Assembly: GCA_900549325.1 (NCBI GenBank)
Contig: UROI01000002.1
Coordinates: 81-64,080, forward strand
Direction: 5' to 3'
Length of the DNA: 64,000 bases
From: an uncultured Mycoplasmatota bacterium
Lineage (GTDB): Bacteria; Bacillota_I; Bacilli_A; RF39; UBA660
The translations under genes were made by a program, and so were the position numbers. Below the pieces are notes generated by a model. That model was not told the origin of the DNA and ran no database searches. It was given only the letters and a program-made list of their open reading frames with translations. Positions within the stretch are counted from its first letter, which is position 1. Each line of letters starts with the position of its first letter. Shown piece after piece: positions 44,055-53,807 of the stretch.

Positions 44055-44684
44055 CTATTTTCTTCTAGTTCTTACTTTTGCTTGTTCTTGTACTACATCT
44101 TCTGAAAAAGTATCAAAAGCAAATCTATCTTGTATTTCTGTGTTTTCAACAATTCTTTTTAATTCGTTATAACTATAAGCACTATCAATATCATTAATAG
44201 TTATCATTTCTTTTCCTTGTACATTTGAATTAACTAGTACATTGGTATTTTCTATACCTCTATTAATTACTTCTTGATTTTTAACAAAATATCTATTTTT
44301 TTGCATATCTTTTAAAATTCTGTTACATTTTGCTAATTCTGTAAACATAGGTATATTAGCTACTGTGGCTACTCCTAATCCAATAGCTATTTCCTCAATT
44401 GCTGATAAATTTAAAAGTTTGGTTGTAGCCACTAGTGATACTACAGCAAATGTTAACATTACAGATATACTTATTCCTCTTAATTTTAACATTTTATCCC
44501 TTTTTGCTTTACTTTTTGTTACTTGGTCAACCATTGTACTCTCTAGTATATTTTCATTCTTTTCAGTATTTGGAATGCTACGACTTTCACCATTAGCATA
44601 ATTTACTGTTATAACTTCGTCATTTTTATCATAGTTTAAAACGAAATATTTTCTTTCTTCTTCAGTTAATGAATAATCTTTCAT
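44055..44684 (-). CDS. Hypothetical membrane protein
   Basis: Start moved to MKDYSL behind AAAGGAG. Two central TM helices. Confidence 0.6.
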   Translation of the reverse strand: MKDYSLTEEERKYFVLNYDKNDEVITVNYANGESRSIPNTEKNENILESTMVDQVTKSKAKRDKMLKLRGISISVMLTFAVVSLVATTKLLNLSAIEEIAIGLGVATVANIPMFTELAKCNRILKDMQKNRYFVKNQEVINRGIENTNVLVNSNVQGKEMITINDIDSAYSYNELKRIVENTEIQDRFAFDTFSEDVVQEQAKVRTRRK

Positions 44685-44715
44685 AATAGCCTTCGCTCCT
44701 TTCAAAGTGATACAT

Positions 44716-44744
44716 ATTTTAGCACGATTTGTTATTTTTGTCAA
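44716..44744 (-). promoter_or_regulatory. Sigma-A promoter
   Basis: Minus strand: TTGACA, 17 nt, TAAAAT (preceded by GTGC), about 25 nt before the RBS. Confidence 0.6.
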
Positions 44745-44776
44745 ATATTTGTATGCTATTTATGAAATTGTTGCTT

Positions 44777-45493
44777 TTATTTATTAATAGTAAAGGCCTC
44801 TAGCACTATATTGTTATTAATATTTTTAGTATAAATTATTGTTCCCTTACTTTTAGATACTCCTATTAGATCAGCAGCTCTAGTACTATAAGTAATTTCA
44901 ATATTTGCAGTGTATTTATTATTTTTATATTCTACATTAGTAGCTTTAATCATAGATACATATACATTGTTACTACCTGATCTTCTATTTCTGTAGTAGA
45001 CATATTCTTCGTCATAAGTTGTATTTCCTTTGTCTTGGTTTTTTAAATCAAAATTTTCACCAAAAAACTCTTTATAATATTTATTAAATGTATCATAATC
45101 TAGATAAGCTAATGTATAATCGTCTGTTGGTTCACCATCAATTTGAGTATTATCAAAACCACTTAAAACAATGAATTTATTATTTTCATTCTTAGTAGAT
45201 AATATGTATTCCATTGTAAATAACTGTCTATTAGTAGAATCTTTTAGAAAATTAGTATCGTAACTAATATTGTATTTAGTACCATCTTTAGTTTGATGAT
45301 CAATTCCATCAGTAATAATAAGCCAACCTAATGGTGTTCCTATTTTAGCAAGTTCATCGTCTAATAGTTTTATTTCTTCAGTTTTGTCAAAATTAATATT
45401 TTTCTCCTGTAAAAACTTATTGTAAACAATATAACCTGCTAATAAAAAACATATTACTCCCATGACAATACATATTATATTTGATTTTTTCAC
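44777..45493 (-). CDS. Membrane-anchored hypothetical protein, 238 aa
   Basis: N-terminal TM then an extracytoplasmic domain. No family recognised. Confidence 0.55.
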   Translation of the reverse strand: MKKSNIICIVMGVICFLLAGYIVYNKFLQEKNINFDKTEEIKLLDDELAKIGTPLGWLIITDGIDHQTKDGTKYNISYDTNFLKDSTNRQLFTMEYILSTKNENNKFIVLSGFDNTQIDGEPTDDYTLAYLDYDTFNKYYKEFFGENFDLKNQDKGNTTYDEEYVYYRNRRSGSNNVYVSMIKATNVEYKNNKYTANIEITYSTRAADLIGVSKSKGTIIYTKNINNNIVLEAFTINK

Positions 45494-45586
45494 ACTATCA
45501 CCATTCCTGATATAAATATATCATAAAACATATAAAAAAAGAAGTTAATTTGTTTAACTTCTAAAATTTTTGTTTTAACGTCAAGA

Positions 45587-47035
45587 TTATTTGAATAATT
45601 TTAGTACTTCCTCGCGATCATCAAAATGAGTTCTTTCACCATTTTTTTCTTGGTATGTTTCATGACCCTTTCCTAATATTAAAATTATATCTCCTTCCAT
45701 TGCGTTATCAATGGCATATTTAATTGCTTCTTTACGATCAGGTATTTTGATATACTTACCATTAGTGTTCTTTATACCCACTTCAATATCATTCATAATA
45801 TCATTAACATCTTCATACCTAGAATTATCTTCAGTTATAATAGATAAATCGGCATATTTACCTGATACTTCACCCATATCATATCTTCGTTCTTTACTTC
45901 TGTTACCACCACAGCCAAATAAACTTACAATTCTTTTGGGATTATATTTTCGCATCGTTGTAAGAATACTTTCAGTAGATACTCCATTATGTGCATAATC
46001 AATAATAACGGTATATTTATTGCTGACTGGTACTATTTCTACTCTACCCCTTACTGCAACTTTTGCTAAAGCATTTTTTATACTGACAATATTGCATCCA
46101 AGTAAACTGGTAGTAAGAATTGCACAGGCACTATTGTAGGCCGAAAACTCTCCTGGTGTATTTACTAAAAATTTATCATTTACAATACCACTGGTAGTCA
46201 TTTCTAAGCCAATAAAATGTTCTTTTCTAAGTAATTCTACTTTATCTATTACTAGGTTTGCTTCTTTGTTATGACCAAAAGTATAAATATTACATGTACT
46301 ATTTTTAATCATATTATTGTAATAAGTATCATCTATATTAAAGATTCCATTTTTACACATTTTAAATAATAAACTTTTACAGTATATATATTCTTCCATA
46401 TCTTTATGTTCATTTTCTCCAATATGATCTTCACTTAAGTTAGTAAATATCCCATAATCAAATGTCATACCATCTACTCTACCTACTTTTAAAGCTTGTG
46501 AGGATACTTCCATTACTAGATATTCTACGCCATCATTTACCATTTCATTTAGATACTTTTGAATATCATAACTTTCAGGGGTTGTATTTACTGTACTATA
46601 ATGTTTATCTTCAAAAAAGACACCCATAGTACCTATAACTCCTACTTTTTTATTATCTTCTTCAAGAATATTTTTTATCATAAAGGAAGTTGTGGTTTTA
46701 CCCTTAGTACCAGTAATAGCAATAGTAGTTAATTTACTACCAGGATTATTAAAATAGTTTATTGATACTTGTGATAATACTCTTCTTGTATTATCCACTT
46801 TTATAACAGTAATATCTTTTCTAGTAATGTCTTTCTCTACAAGTACGGCTTTAGCTCCTTTTTCTATAGCACTATCTATATAGTCATGACCATCAAATGA
46901 AGAACCTACGAGACATATAAATAGGCAGCCTTCTTTTATTTTTCGAGAATCATAACAGATATCAGTTATCTCTATATCTGTATTACCATTAATAATACTA
47001 TATTCTACTTTTTCTAATACTCTTTCTAATTTCAT
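45587..47035 (-). CDS. murE: UDP-N-acetylmuramoyl-tripeptide synthetase MurE
   Basis: Mur ligase P-loop TGTKGKTTT, DYAHNG, EDNSR. Length and N-terminal pattern fit MurE. Confidence 0.85.
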   Translation of the reverse strand: MKLERVLEKVEYSIINGNTDIEITDICYDSRKIKEGCLFICLVGSSFDGHDYIDSAIEKGAKAVLVEKDITRKDITVIKVDNTRRVLSQVSINYFNNPGSKLTTIAITGTKGKTTTSFMIKNILEEDNKKVGVIGTMGVFFEDKHYSTVNTTPESYDIQKYLNEMVNDGVEYLVMEVSSQALKVGRVDGMTFDYGIFTNLSEDHIGENEHKDMEEYIYCKSLLFKMCKNGIFNIDDTYYNNMIKNSTCNIYTFGHNKEANLVIDKVELLRKEHFIGLEMTTSGIVNDKFLVNTPGEFSAYNSACAILTTSLLGCNIVSIKNALAKVAVRGRVEIVPVSNKYTVIIDYAHNGVSTESILTTMRKYNPKRIVSLFGCGGNRSKERRYDMGEVSGKYADLSIITEDNSRYEDVNDIMNDIEVGIKNTNGKYIKIPDRKEAIKYAIDNAMEGDIILILGKGHETYQEKNGERTHFDDREEVLKLFK

Positions 47036-47100
47036 AATTGATTCACCTCTAACAATATTATATATTATTTTTTATATTTTGAAAAACAAAATAAATGATA

Positions 47101-47793
47101 TTATCTATTTTTTATTCTTCTAAAACCTGGTATTTCTAATTGTCCCTCTATTTCATTGCTGGAAAGATTAGCCTCATTTTCAATAGCCTCTAGTAATTCT
47201 CTGCTTTTCTTTTCTTTTTCTATTTTCAAATGTATATATTCTTTTTTCTTTTCTAATATAGCTCTTCTTAATATTGATTCCTCATTAGTAACAATCTGTT
47301 TTCTTTCGACTAAATTTTTTAAAGTATTGTTATGTTTTTTCTTTAGGTTATTATTTTCTTTTTCTAATTCGCTATTTATTTGTTCTAAGTTATAGTTCTT
47401 TAAATCTTTTTGTATTTTTATATTTGATAATGCATTCCAAGTTATAGAGGCAATGCCTCCTAGTGAGGATAATAAAAAGATTATACTTGCTGGATTCTTT
47501 GAAACTATTGTTACAGACGTACACAGAATAATAAACATGGTTATCATTATTTTTTGTTTTAACTTTTTCTTAGATAATTTTAAACTATTTATTTTATCTT
47601 GGAACATTTCTTTTTGCCTATTTAGATAGTTTATTCTATCTCTAATATTAAATGTATAATTATCAATTTTTATTTCTATTTTTTCTCTTTCTTTTTCATA
47701 TTTTGTTATTATTTTACTAAGATAAAATATTTCATTATCTAAACTATTCATCATTAATATTATTTTCTTTATTTCTTTTATTTCTTCTTCCAT
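47101..47793 (-). CDS. Coiled-coil protein with central TM segments
   Basis: K/E-rich heptad-like sequence flanks two hydrophobic helices. ATG start chosen over an upstream GTG. Confidence 0.5.
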   Translation of the reverse strand: MEEEIKEIKKIILMMNSLDNEIFYLSKIITKYEKEREKIEIKIDNYTFNIRDRINYLNRQKEMFQDKINSLKLSKKKLKQKIMITMFIILCTSVTIVSKNPASIIFLLSSLGGIASITWNALSNIKIQKDLKNYNLEQINSELEKENNNLKKKHNNTLKNLVERKQIVTNEESILRRAILEKKKEYIHLKIEKEKKSRELLEAIENEANLSSNEIEGQLEIPGFRRIKNR

Positions 47794-47851
47794 ATATATC
47801 ACGATATATATAATATTATATTATTAATAATAAGTCAATTATAATTTAAAC

Positions 47852-47902
47852 AATGAAGAACTTAGGCTTCATTGTTCCTCTTAAGATTACAAGCTTAAGA
47901 GA
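47852..47902 (+). repeat. Tandem-hairpin intergenic element, copy E
   Basis: CAATGAAG-AACTTAGG-CTTCATTG, TTC, then CTCTTAAG-ATTACAAG-CTTAAGAG. Confidence 0.65.
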
Positions 47903-47915
47903 CAGTAAAAAAGAA

Positions 47916-48800
47916 CTAATCTAAAATAGTTCCTTCGATTTTTAATTCATCTTCAAATTGTTCTTTAAATGCCACTAGTTCTTTAGCTATAACATCAGGA
48001 TAAACAGCCTTAGTGGTCTTTATGGCATCATATATATTTTTAAAATTTATAGTTTTTCTATTTTCATATATAGCATTAGAAAAGCACTGTCTTAATATAA
48101 CTAGAGCAATATCTGGATATCTTGATGATATTTCATATACTCTTTTAAATTCAGTTGTCATATTAACAATAAATTTCATTATTTTTTCATTAATAAAATC
48201 AGTATACGGAAGAATTACTCCCGTTTGCTTTTCTAACTTTGGTAATGTCTTAAGTAGTATCTGCACGGTCATTTCTTCAGTAGGTTCAGATACATCCACT
48301 TTTTCAAATCTTCTTAAGAAAGCTTTATCACGCATTATATATCTTTCATATTCATAAGTAGTTGTGGCTCCTATTATCTTGATACTTCCTCTACTTAAAC
48401 CTTCTTTAAACATATTAGCTAAATCTAAAGTACCATTACCTATTAAAGTATGTATTTCATCAATGAAAAGAATTACTTTTTCTCTATTTTTTAATTCCTC
48501 TACTAGTTTTAGTACTCTATTTTCTTCACCATTATTATTAATTAATGCAGTGGTATTAACTCTATATATAGTGTAGCCTTGAAGAGCATCTGGTACTTCA
48601 TTTCTTTGAATACGATAAGCAAGTCCTTCAACAATAGCAGTTTTACCTATACCTGGTTTACCCACTAGAACGGCTGATTTTTCTGGTGTTAAAAGTACTA
48701 ATATTAATTTTTTTATTTCGTCATCTCTAGCTACTGCTGGATTTGTAATATATGTAACTTCGGTTAAGTTATCCGCAAAGCGATCTAATATTGAATTCAT
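47916..48800 (-). CDS. Stand-alone AAA+ ATPase resembling the D1 module of ClpA/ClpB
   Basis: LVGKPGIGKTAIVEGLAYRIQRNEVPDALQG and ILFIDEIHTLIG match Clp D1 Walker A/B regions. Only 294 aa, no second AAA domain. Confidence 0.8.
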   Translation of the reverse strand: MNSILDRFADNLTEVTYITNPAVARDDEIKKLILVLLTPEKSAVLVGKPGIGKTAIVEGLAYRIQRNEVPDALQGYTIYRVNTTALINNNGEENRVLKLVEELKNREKVILFIDEIHTLIGNGTLDLANMFKEGLSRGSIKIIGATTTYEYERYIMRDKAFLRRFEKVDVSEPTEEMTVQILLKTLPKLEKQTGVILPYTDFINEKIMKFIVNMTTEFKRVYEISSRYPDIALVILRQCFSNAIYENRKTINFKNIYDAIKTTKAVYPDVIAKELVAFKEQFEDELKIEGTILD

Positions 48801-48802
48801 AG

Positions 48803-48937
48803 TTATCCTCCTATTAAAGCGAGAAATACTAAAACAGAAGCACTAATCATTATGCCACATAAAAACATAGCATCTAAAAATCCACCATTTGTTCTCTTAC
48901 TATAATCATAGTACATTTTATATTTTCTACTCGTCAT
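48803..48937 (-). CDS. Possible 44-aa membrane micro-protein
   Basis: MTSRKYKMYYDYSKRTNGGFLDAMFLCGIMISASVLVFLALIGG. ATGA overlap with the ylxM stop. Its 3' end carries the GGAGG RBS of the AAA+ gene. Confidence 0.35.
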   Translation of the reverse strand: MTSRKYKMYYDYSKRTNGGFLDAMFLCGIMISASVLVFLALIGG

Positions 48938-49227
48938 AATATCTCCCTTATTTTACTCTTTATTTTTTCATTATCAATATCTTTAATGATATCTTCAAGT
49001 AATTTTTTCTTTTTATATAAGCCTAGTTTTTCTTCATAGAAGTATAGTTTTTCTTCAGCAGTCTTAATATTTTTATGAATAGCATTTCTACTATAACCAT
49101 CATTCTCACTTATCTCTCCTAGTGAAAGATTGTTAAAATAGTAATCTTCAAAATACATTCTTTGTTTATCTGTTAGTAATTCACCATAATAATCATATAA
49201 GATTATTAAATAATTTCTTTCTTCCAT
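48934..49227 (-). CDS. ylxM: YlxM/UPF0122 putative DNA-binding protein
   Basis: LYDYYGELLTDKQRMYFEDYYFNNLSLGEISENDGYSRNAIHKNIK is the YlxM signature. Confidence 0.85.
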   Translation of the reverse strand: MEERNYLIILYDYYGELLTDKQRMYFEDYYFNNLSLGEISENDGYSRNAIHKNIKTAEEKLYFYEEKLGLYKKKKLLEDIIKDIDNEKIKSKIREIL

Positions 49228-49228
49228 A

Positions 49229-49549
49229 TTATTTTATCTTTACCATTGTATATATTACTTCAATAATGATAAGTAATACTCCAAGTCCAAATAATGTGTA
49301 TACTAGTTTTTTCTTTTTTTCGTCATCGATGTAATAGTAACAGATACAAAATAGAAATAATGCAAAAGAAATAAGTGCTGCTGGCATAAATACTTCGTTA
49401 GTAATAGCTAAAATTAATAGTACTAAAAATATTACTCCTACTACTAGAGTTATTACAAACTCAGTCTTTTTTAACTTTACAGAGTCAAATACTTTGTACT
49501 TTTCTTCTTTCTTTGGTTTAGTATTTTTTTTACTAACTTCTTTTTTCAT
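49229..49549 (-). CDS. Small membrane protein, 106 aa
   Basis: Three hydrophobic helices after a Lys-rich N-terminus. Confidence 0.5.
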   Translation of the reverse strand: MKKEVSKKNTKPKKEEKYKVFDSVKLKKTEFVITLVVGVIFLVLLILAITNEVFMPAALISFALFLFCICYYYIDDEKKKKLVYTLFGLGVLLIIIEVIYTMVKIK

Positions 49550-49564
49550 ATTATCAATCCCTTT

Positions 49565-50527
49565 CTATAAATCTTTAAATAAACCATAGATATATTTTTC
49601 AATATCAAATGGTTCTAAATCATTAGTACCTTCTCCTAGTCCAACAAATTTTACTGGTATATCTACTTCTTCTTTAATGGCAAGAACTATGCCACCTTTA
49701 GCACTTCCATCTAGTTTAGTTAGAATGATTCCACTGACATCAGTTACTTCTTTAAAGGCTTTGGCCTGCTGGATACCATTTTGTCCGGTAGTAGCATCTA
49801 CGACTAGTAGTACTTCATGAGGAGCATCTGGTATTACTTTCTTTATTACTTTATTCATTTTTGATAGTTCATTCATTAGATTAACTTTATTTTGTAATCT
49901 ACCGGCAGTATCTATAAGAACAACATCATACTCATCTTTAATTGCTGTATCTATTCCATCATAGACAGCTGCTGATGGGTCTTTACTGCTTGTGGTAACT
50001 ACTGGTACATCTATTCTTTTACCCCATTCCACTAATTGCTCAGTGGCACCCGCTCTAAAGGTATCACCTGCTACTAGAAGAACTTTCTTACCAGCATTTT
50101 TCATTCTATTTGCTATTTTACCAATACTTGTTGTTTTACCAACACCATTTACTCCTACAAAAAGAATAACTGTTGGACCTTCCTCACTATATTTTATCTT
50201 AGTATTTAGTACTTTATTATCCACATACATAATAAGCATTTCATCAACGATTATTTCTTTTAGTGTATCAGTATCTTTAATATTTTCTTCTTTAGCTCTC
50301 TTCTTTAGCTTATCAACAAACTTAACAACGGTATTTATTCCAATATCCGCCATTATAAGAATATCTTCTAACTCTTCAAAATAGTCCTCACCAATATTCT
50401 TATATTTCTTTGATAAATCACTTATCTTAGTAGAAAACTCTTTTCTTGTTTTAGTAAGTGCTTCATCATACTTAACAGCATCTTTATCTTTGCTAAAGAC
50501 ACTTTTTATTTTATTAAATAAACCCAT
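49565..50527 (-). CDS. ftsY: Signal recognition particle receptor FtsY
   Basis: NG domain motifs GVNGVGKTTSIGK, DTAGR, TKLDG. Confidence 0.92.
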   Translation of the reverse strand: MGLFNKIKSVFSKDKDAVKYDEALTKTRKEFSTKISDLSKKYKNIGEDYFEELEDILIMADIGINTVVKFVDKLKKRAKEENIKDTDTLKEIIVDEMLIMYVDNKVLNTKIKYSEEGPTVILFVGVNGVGKTTSIGKIANRMKNAGKKVLLVAGDTFRAGATEQLVEWGKRIDVPVVTTSSKDPSAAVYDGIDTAIKDEYDVVLIDTAGRLQNKVNLMNELSKMNKVIKKVIPDAPHEVLLVVDATTGQNGIQQAKAFKEVTDVSGIILTKLDGSAKGGIVLAIKEEVDIPVKFVGLGEGTNDLEPFDIEKYIYGLFKDL

Positions 50528-50538
50528 AGTAAACCTCC

Positions 50539-50865
50539 TTATAATGTTCTCTTTCTATGTTTTCCTCTTTCTACAACATTAGTATATTCTGATAGAATAT
50601 CATTTTTTAGATATAAATCACTATCATTAATACTTTTTAATCTAGCAGACTTTATTTCATAATCGTCAAGTATAGTCATATCCAGTTGTATTATGTAGCC
50701 ACATCTCGGACACATAGTATAGAACTGTTCTTTGTCCTCTCCAAAATAATCTGTATAAGAAATTTGATAGATTTGATTAGGAGATAATTCAAAATTAAAT
50801 CCACATCCATGCTTTACCCTTCTATCAAATTCAAAATTGTCACTATCTTTACAATTAATATCCAT
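50539..50865 (-). CDS. Hypothetical protein with CPRCG zinc-ribbon-like motif
   Basis: 108-aa ORF tightly spaced between rny and ftsY. Confidence 0.5.
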   Translation of the reverse strand: MDINCKDSDNFEFDRRVKHGCGFNFELSPNQIYQISYTDYFGEDKEQFYTMCPRCGYIIQLDMTILDDYEIKSARLKSINDSDLYLKNDILSEYTNVVERGKHRKRTL

Positions 50866-50927
50866 AACCTTACTTCCTTACTTCTAAAGTATAACATTTT
50901 TAAATAAAATTGTAAATAAAAAAGAAA

Positions 50928-52481
50928 CTATTTTGCTTCTTCTTGAGCTCTAGTTTCTCTTATTACTGTAACTTTAATAGTTCCAGGATATTTTAACTCG
51001 TTTTCTATTTTTTCTTTTATTTCTCTAGCTATTTGATGAGCTGTTAAATCATCTACTTCATCAGGTTTAACCATTACTCTAAGTTCTCTTCCTGCTTGAA
51101 TAGCATAGGCTTTTTCTACGCCTTGCATCTTGTTACCAATTTCTTCAAGCTGCTCTAATCTTTGAACATAGTTTTCACTAGAGTCATTTCTAGCTCCAGG
51201 ACGTGATGCTGATACAGCGTCTGCTATTGCAACAATTGCAGCTATAATACTAGTAGGAGCTACTTCTCCATGGTGGGAAGCAATCGCATTTATAACAACT
51301 TCATCTTCACCATATTTCTTAGCTAAATCTACACCTATTTTAACATGGGAACCTTCCATCTCAAAATCAATTGCTTTACCTATATCATGTAATAGTCCAG
51401 CTCTCTTAGCAAGATTTACATTTTCTCCTAGTTCACTAGCCATAATACCCGCTAGGTTAGCAACTTCCATTGAATGAGTTAAAGCATTTTGTCCATAACT
51501 ACTTCTAAAATGTAGTTTACCTACTATTTCAACTAATTCAGGATCCATTTTTGATAGTCCTAATTCGTATAGAGCATTTTTACCATATTCTTTTATAGTT
51601 TGTTTAACATCTGCACAAGTCTTAGCATATAATTCTTCTATTCTAGCAGGATGAATTCTTCCATCTTTAATTAATGTTTCTAATGTAAGTCTTGCTATTT
51701 CTCTTCTTAAAGGATCAAAACTAGATATTACAATAGCTTCTGGTGTATCATCAATAATTAAATCAACTCCGGTTACTGATTCTATAGTTCTAATATTTCT
51801 TCCTTCTCTACCAATTAATCTACCTTTCATTTCGTCATTAGGTAGTGTTATAACTGATACTGTCTGCTCACTTGTAATATCTGCTGCATATTTTTGCATA
51901 GTACCCACAAGTAATTCTTTGGCTCTTTCGTCAACTTCTAGTTTGGCTTCAGATTCCATTTCTTTAATGTACGCTGCTATTTCTTTTGACATTTTAGTCT
52001 CAACCATTTTCATAACTGCGTCACGAGCCTGTTCTTTTGTATATTTGCTTATTCTTTCTAATTCTTCAAGTTCTTTTCTTTTTATTTCTTCCATTTCTTC
52101 TTTAATTTCTTGAATTTTTTGTTGTTTATCAAGTAAATTATTTTCTCTTTCTTCAAGAGCAGTTTCTCTATTTTGAAGGGCAGTATCCCTTCTGTCAATA
52201 TTATTTTCTCTTTGAAGAAGCCTATCTTCCTGCTGCTTTACTTCACTTTTCTTTTCTTTAATTTCTTTATCAGCTTCTAATTTTAATTTATGAATTTCTT
52301 CTTTTGTTTCAAATAAAGAATCTCTTTTAATTTTTTCAGCTTCTTTTTTAGCTTTATCTATTATAGTATCGGCTTTATTACCATCTTTTTTATTTTTTAA
52401 AAAATTAAATAAAATTACTAAAGCAAGTCCTATTCCCAATCCAAGAACAAATAACAAAATGGAGAGAACAGTTTTGTCCAT
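50928..52481 (-). CDS. rny: Ribonuclease Y
   Basis: N-terminal TM, coiled coil, KH (GREGRNIR) and HD (LHDIGK) domains. Start set to MDKTVLS behind GGAGG. Confidence 0.93.
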   Translation of the reverse strand: MDKTVLSILLFVLGLGIGLALVILFNFLKNKKDGNKADTIIDKAKKEAEKIKRDSLFETKEEIHKLKLEADKEIKEKKSEVKQQEDRLLQRENNIDRRDTALQNRETALEERENNLLDKQQKIQEIKEEMEEIKRKELEELERISKYTKEQARDAVMKMVETKMSKEIAAYIKEMESEAKLEVDERAKELLVGTMQKYAADITSEQTVSVITLPNDEMKGRLIGREGRNIRTIESVTGVDLIIDDTPEAIVISSFDPLRREIARLTLETLIKDGRIHPARIEELYAKTCADVKQTIKEYGKNALYELGLSKMDPELVEIVGKLHFRSSYGQNALTHSMEVANLAGIMASELGENVNLAKRAGLLHDIGKAIDFEMEGSHVKIGVDLAKKYGEDEVVINAIASHHGEVAPTSIIAAIVAIADAVSASRPGARNDSSENYVQRLEQLEEIGNKMQGVEKAYAIQAGRELRVMVKPDEVDDLTAHQIAREIKEKIENELKYPGTIKVTVIRETRAQEEAK

Positions 52482-52661
52482 ATATATACCTCCATTCTTA
52501 ATATATTTTATAGAAAAAATCATTAAATATTAATTTAAACTATACAAGTTAATTTTATCTTAGATTTTTTTTCTTGTCAAGTGCTTTTATTAAATGTGAA
52601 AATACGATATATTATATACCTAAATATTTATACTAAAATATATTTAAATATGTATACTTCT

Positions 52662-52757
52662 CTTATATATAATAGATGCACTGGCATATTAAATTAAGAC
52701 TCTTTAAATGAGGCTTAATTTAACACTCATAAGACTTACATAGTAAGGCTTAGAGTG
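52662..52757 (+). repeat. Tandem-hairpin intergenic element, copy B
   Basis: CTTATATATAATAG, then ATGC-ACTG-GCAT. Then AAATTAAG-ACTCTTTAAATGAGG-CTTAATTT, AA, then CACTCATAAG-ACTTACATAGTAAGG-CTTAGAGTG. Confidence 0.7.
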
Positions 52758-52764
52758 AACGCAA

Positions 52765-52790
52765 GAAAAAACTTACCACTTAAGGTAAGT
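52765..52790 (-). terminator. Rho-independent terminator of gap
   Basis: Minus strand: ACTTACC-TTAAGT-GGTAAGT followed by six T. Confidence 0.7.
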
Positions 52791-52792
52791 AT

Positions 52793-53791
52793 TTATTCTC
52801 CTAGTAACTTTTTAGCAGTTCTAACCATTTGTGCTGAATATCCCATTTCATTATCATACCAAGCAATAATTTTAACTAATTGCTTACCATCTACTTCAAG
52901 TACTTTTGTTAATGATAAATCCACTACAGCTCCATAAGTAGAACTAATTATATCAGAGGATACTATTGGATCAAAAGTACCTTTAATAGTTTCACTTTCA
53001 TTATTTAAGAACATACTATTTATTTCATCTTCAGTAGTCTTTTCTTCTAATTCTAATGATAAATCTATTAATGAACCATCTGATACTGGTACTCTAATTG
53101 CTCCTCCTGATAGTTTACCTTCAAGGCTTGGTATAACTTTTCCAATAGCAGTAGCTGCTCCTGTTGAAGTTGGAACAATATTCATAGCACACGCTCTTCC
53201 TCTTCTGGAATGACTACCTTTCTTATGGCTTACATCTAGTGTTACTTGATCGTTAGTATAAGCATGAATTGTAGTCATAAAGCCCTTTATGATACCAAAG
53301 TTATCATCTACTAATTTTAGTACTGGTGCAAGACAGTTAGTAGTACATGAAGCTGCACTTACTATTTTATCACTATCATTTAAGATATCATCATTTACAT
53401 TATAGACAACAGTCTTGACATTTCCTTTACATGGAGCACTTACTAGTACTTTTTTAGCACCTGCAGTAATATGCTTCATAGCATCTTCTTCTTTAGTAAA
53501 TTTTCCTGTACATTCAAATACTAAATCTATTCCAAGTTCTTTCCAAGGTAAATTTGTTGGATCTATTTCTTTGTATACTCTTACTTTTTTACCCTCTATT
53601 ATAATGTTTTCTTCATCATAAGTTATTTCTTTATTATAGTTACGATGATTTGTATCATACTTAAGAAGATAAGCTAATTCTTCTGGTGTACTTAAGTCAT
53701 TAATAGCCACTACATCAAAATAATTATCTTCTTCCATTAATCTAAATACTAATCTTCCTATTCTTCCAAAACCATTAATTGCTATTTTCAT
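52793..53791 (-). CDS. gap: Type I glyceraldehyde-3-phosphate dehydrogenase
   Basis: MKIAINGFGRIGR and the active site SCTTNCLAP. Start set behind a GAGGAG RBS. Confidence 0.95.
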   Translation of the reverse strand: MKIAINGFGRIGRLVFRLMEEDNYFDVVAINDLSTPEELAYLLKYDTNHRNYNKEITYDEENIIIEGKKVRVYKEIDPTNLPWKELGIDLVFECTGKFTKEEDAMKHITAGAKKVLVSAPCKGNVKTVVYNVNDDILNDSDKIVSAASCTTNCLAPVLKLVDDNFGIIKGFMTTIHAYTNDQVTLDVSHKKGSHSRRGRACAMNIVPTSTGAATAIGKVIPSLEGKLSGGAIRVPVSDGSLIDLSLELEEKTTEDEINSMFLNNESETIKGTFDPIVSSDIISSTYGAVVDLSLTKVLEVDGKQLVKIIAWYDNEMGYSAQMVRTAKKLLGE

Positions 53792-53807
53792 AATCTTCTC
53801 CTCTTTC

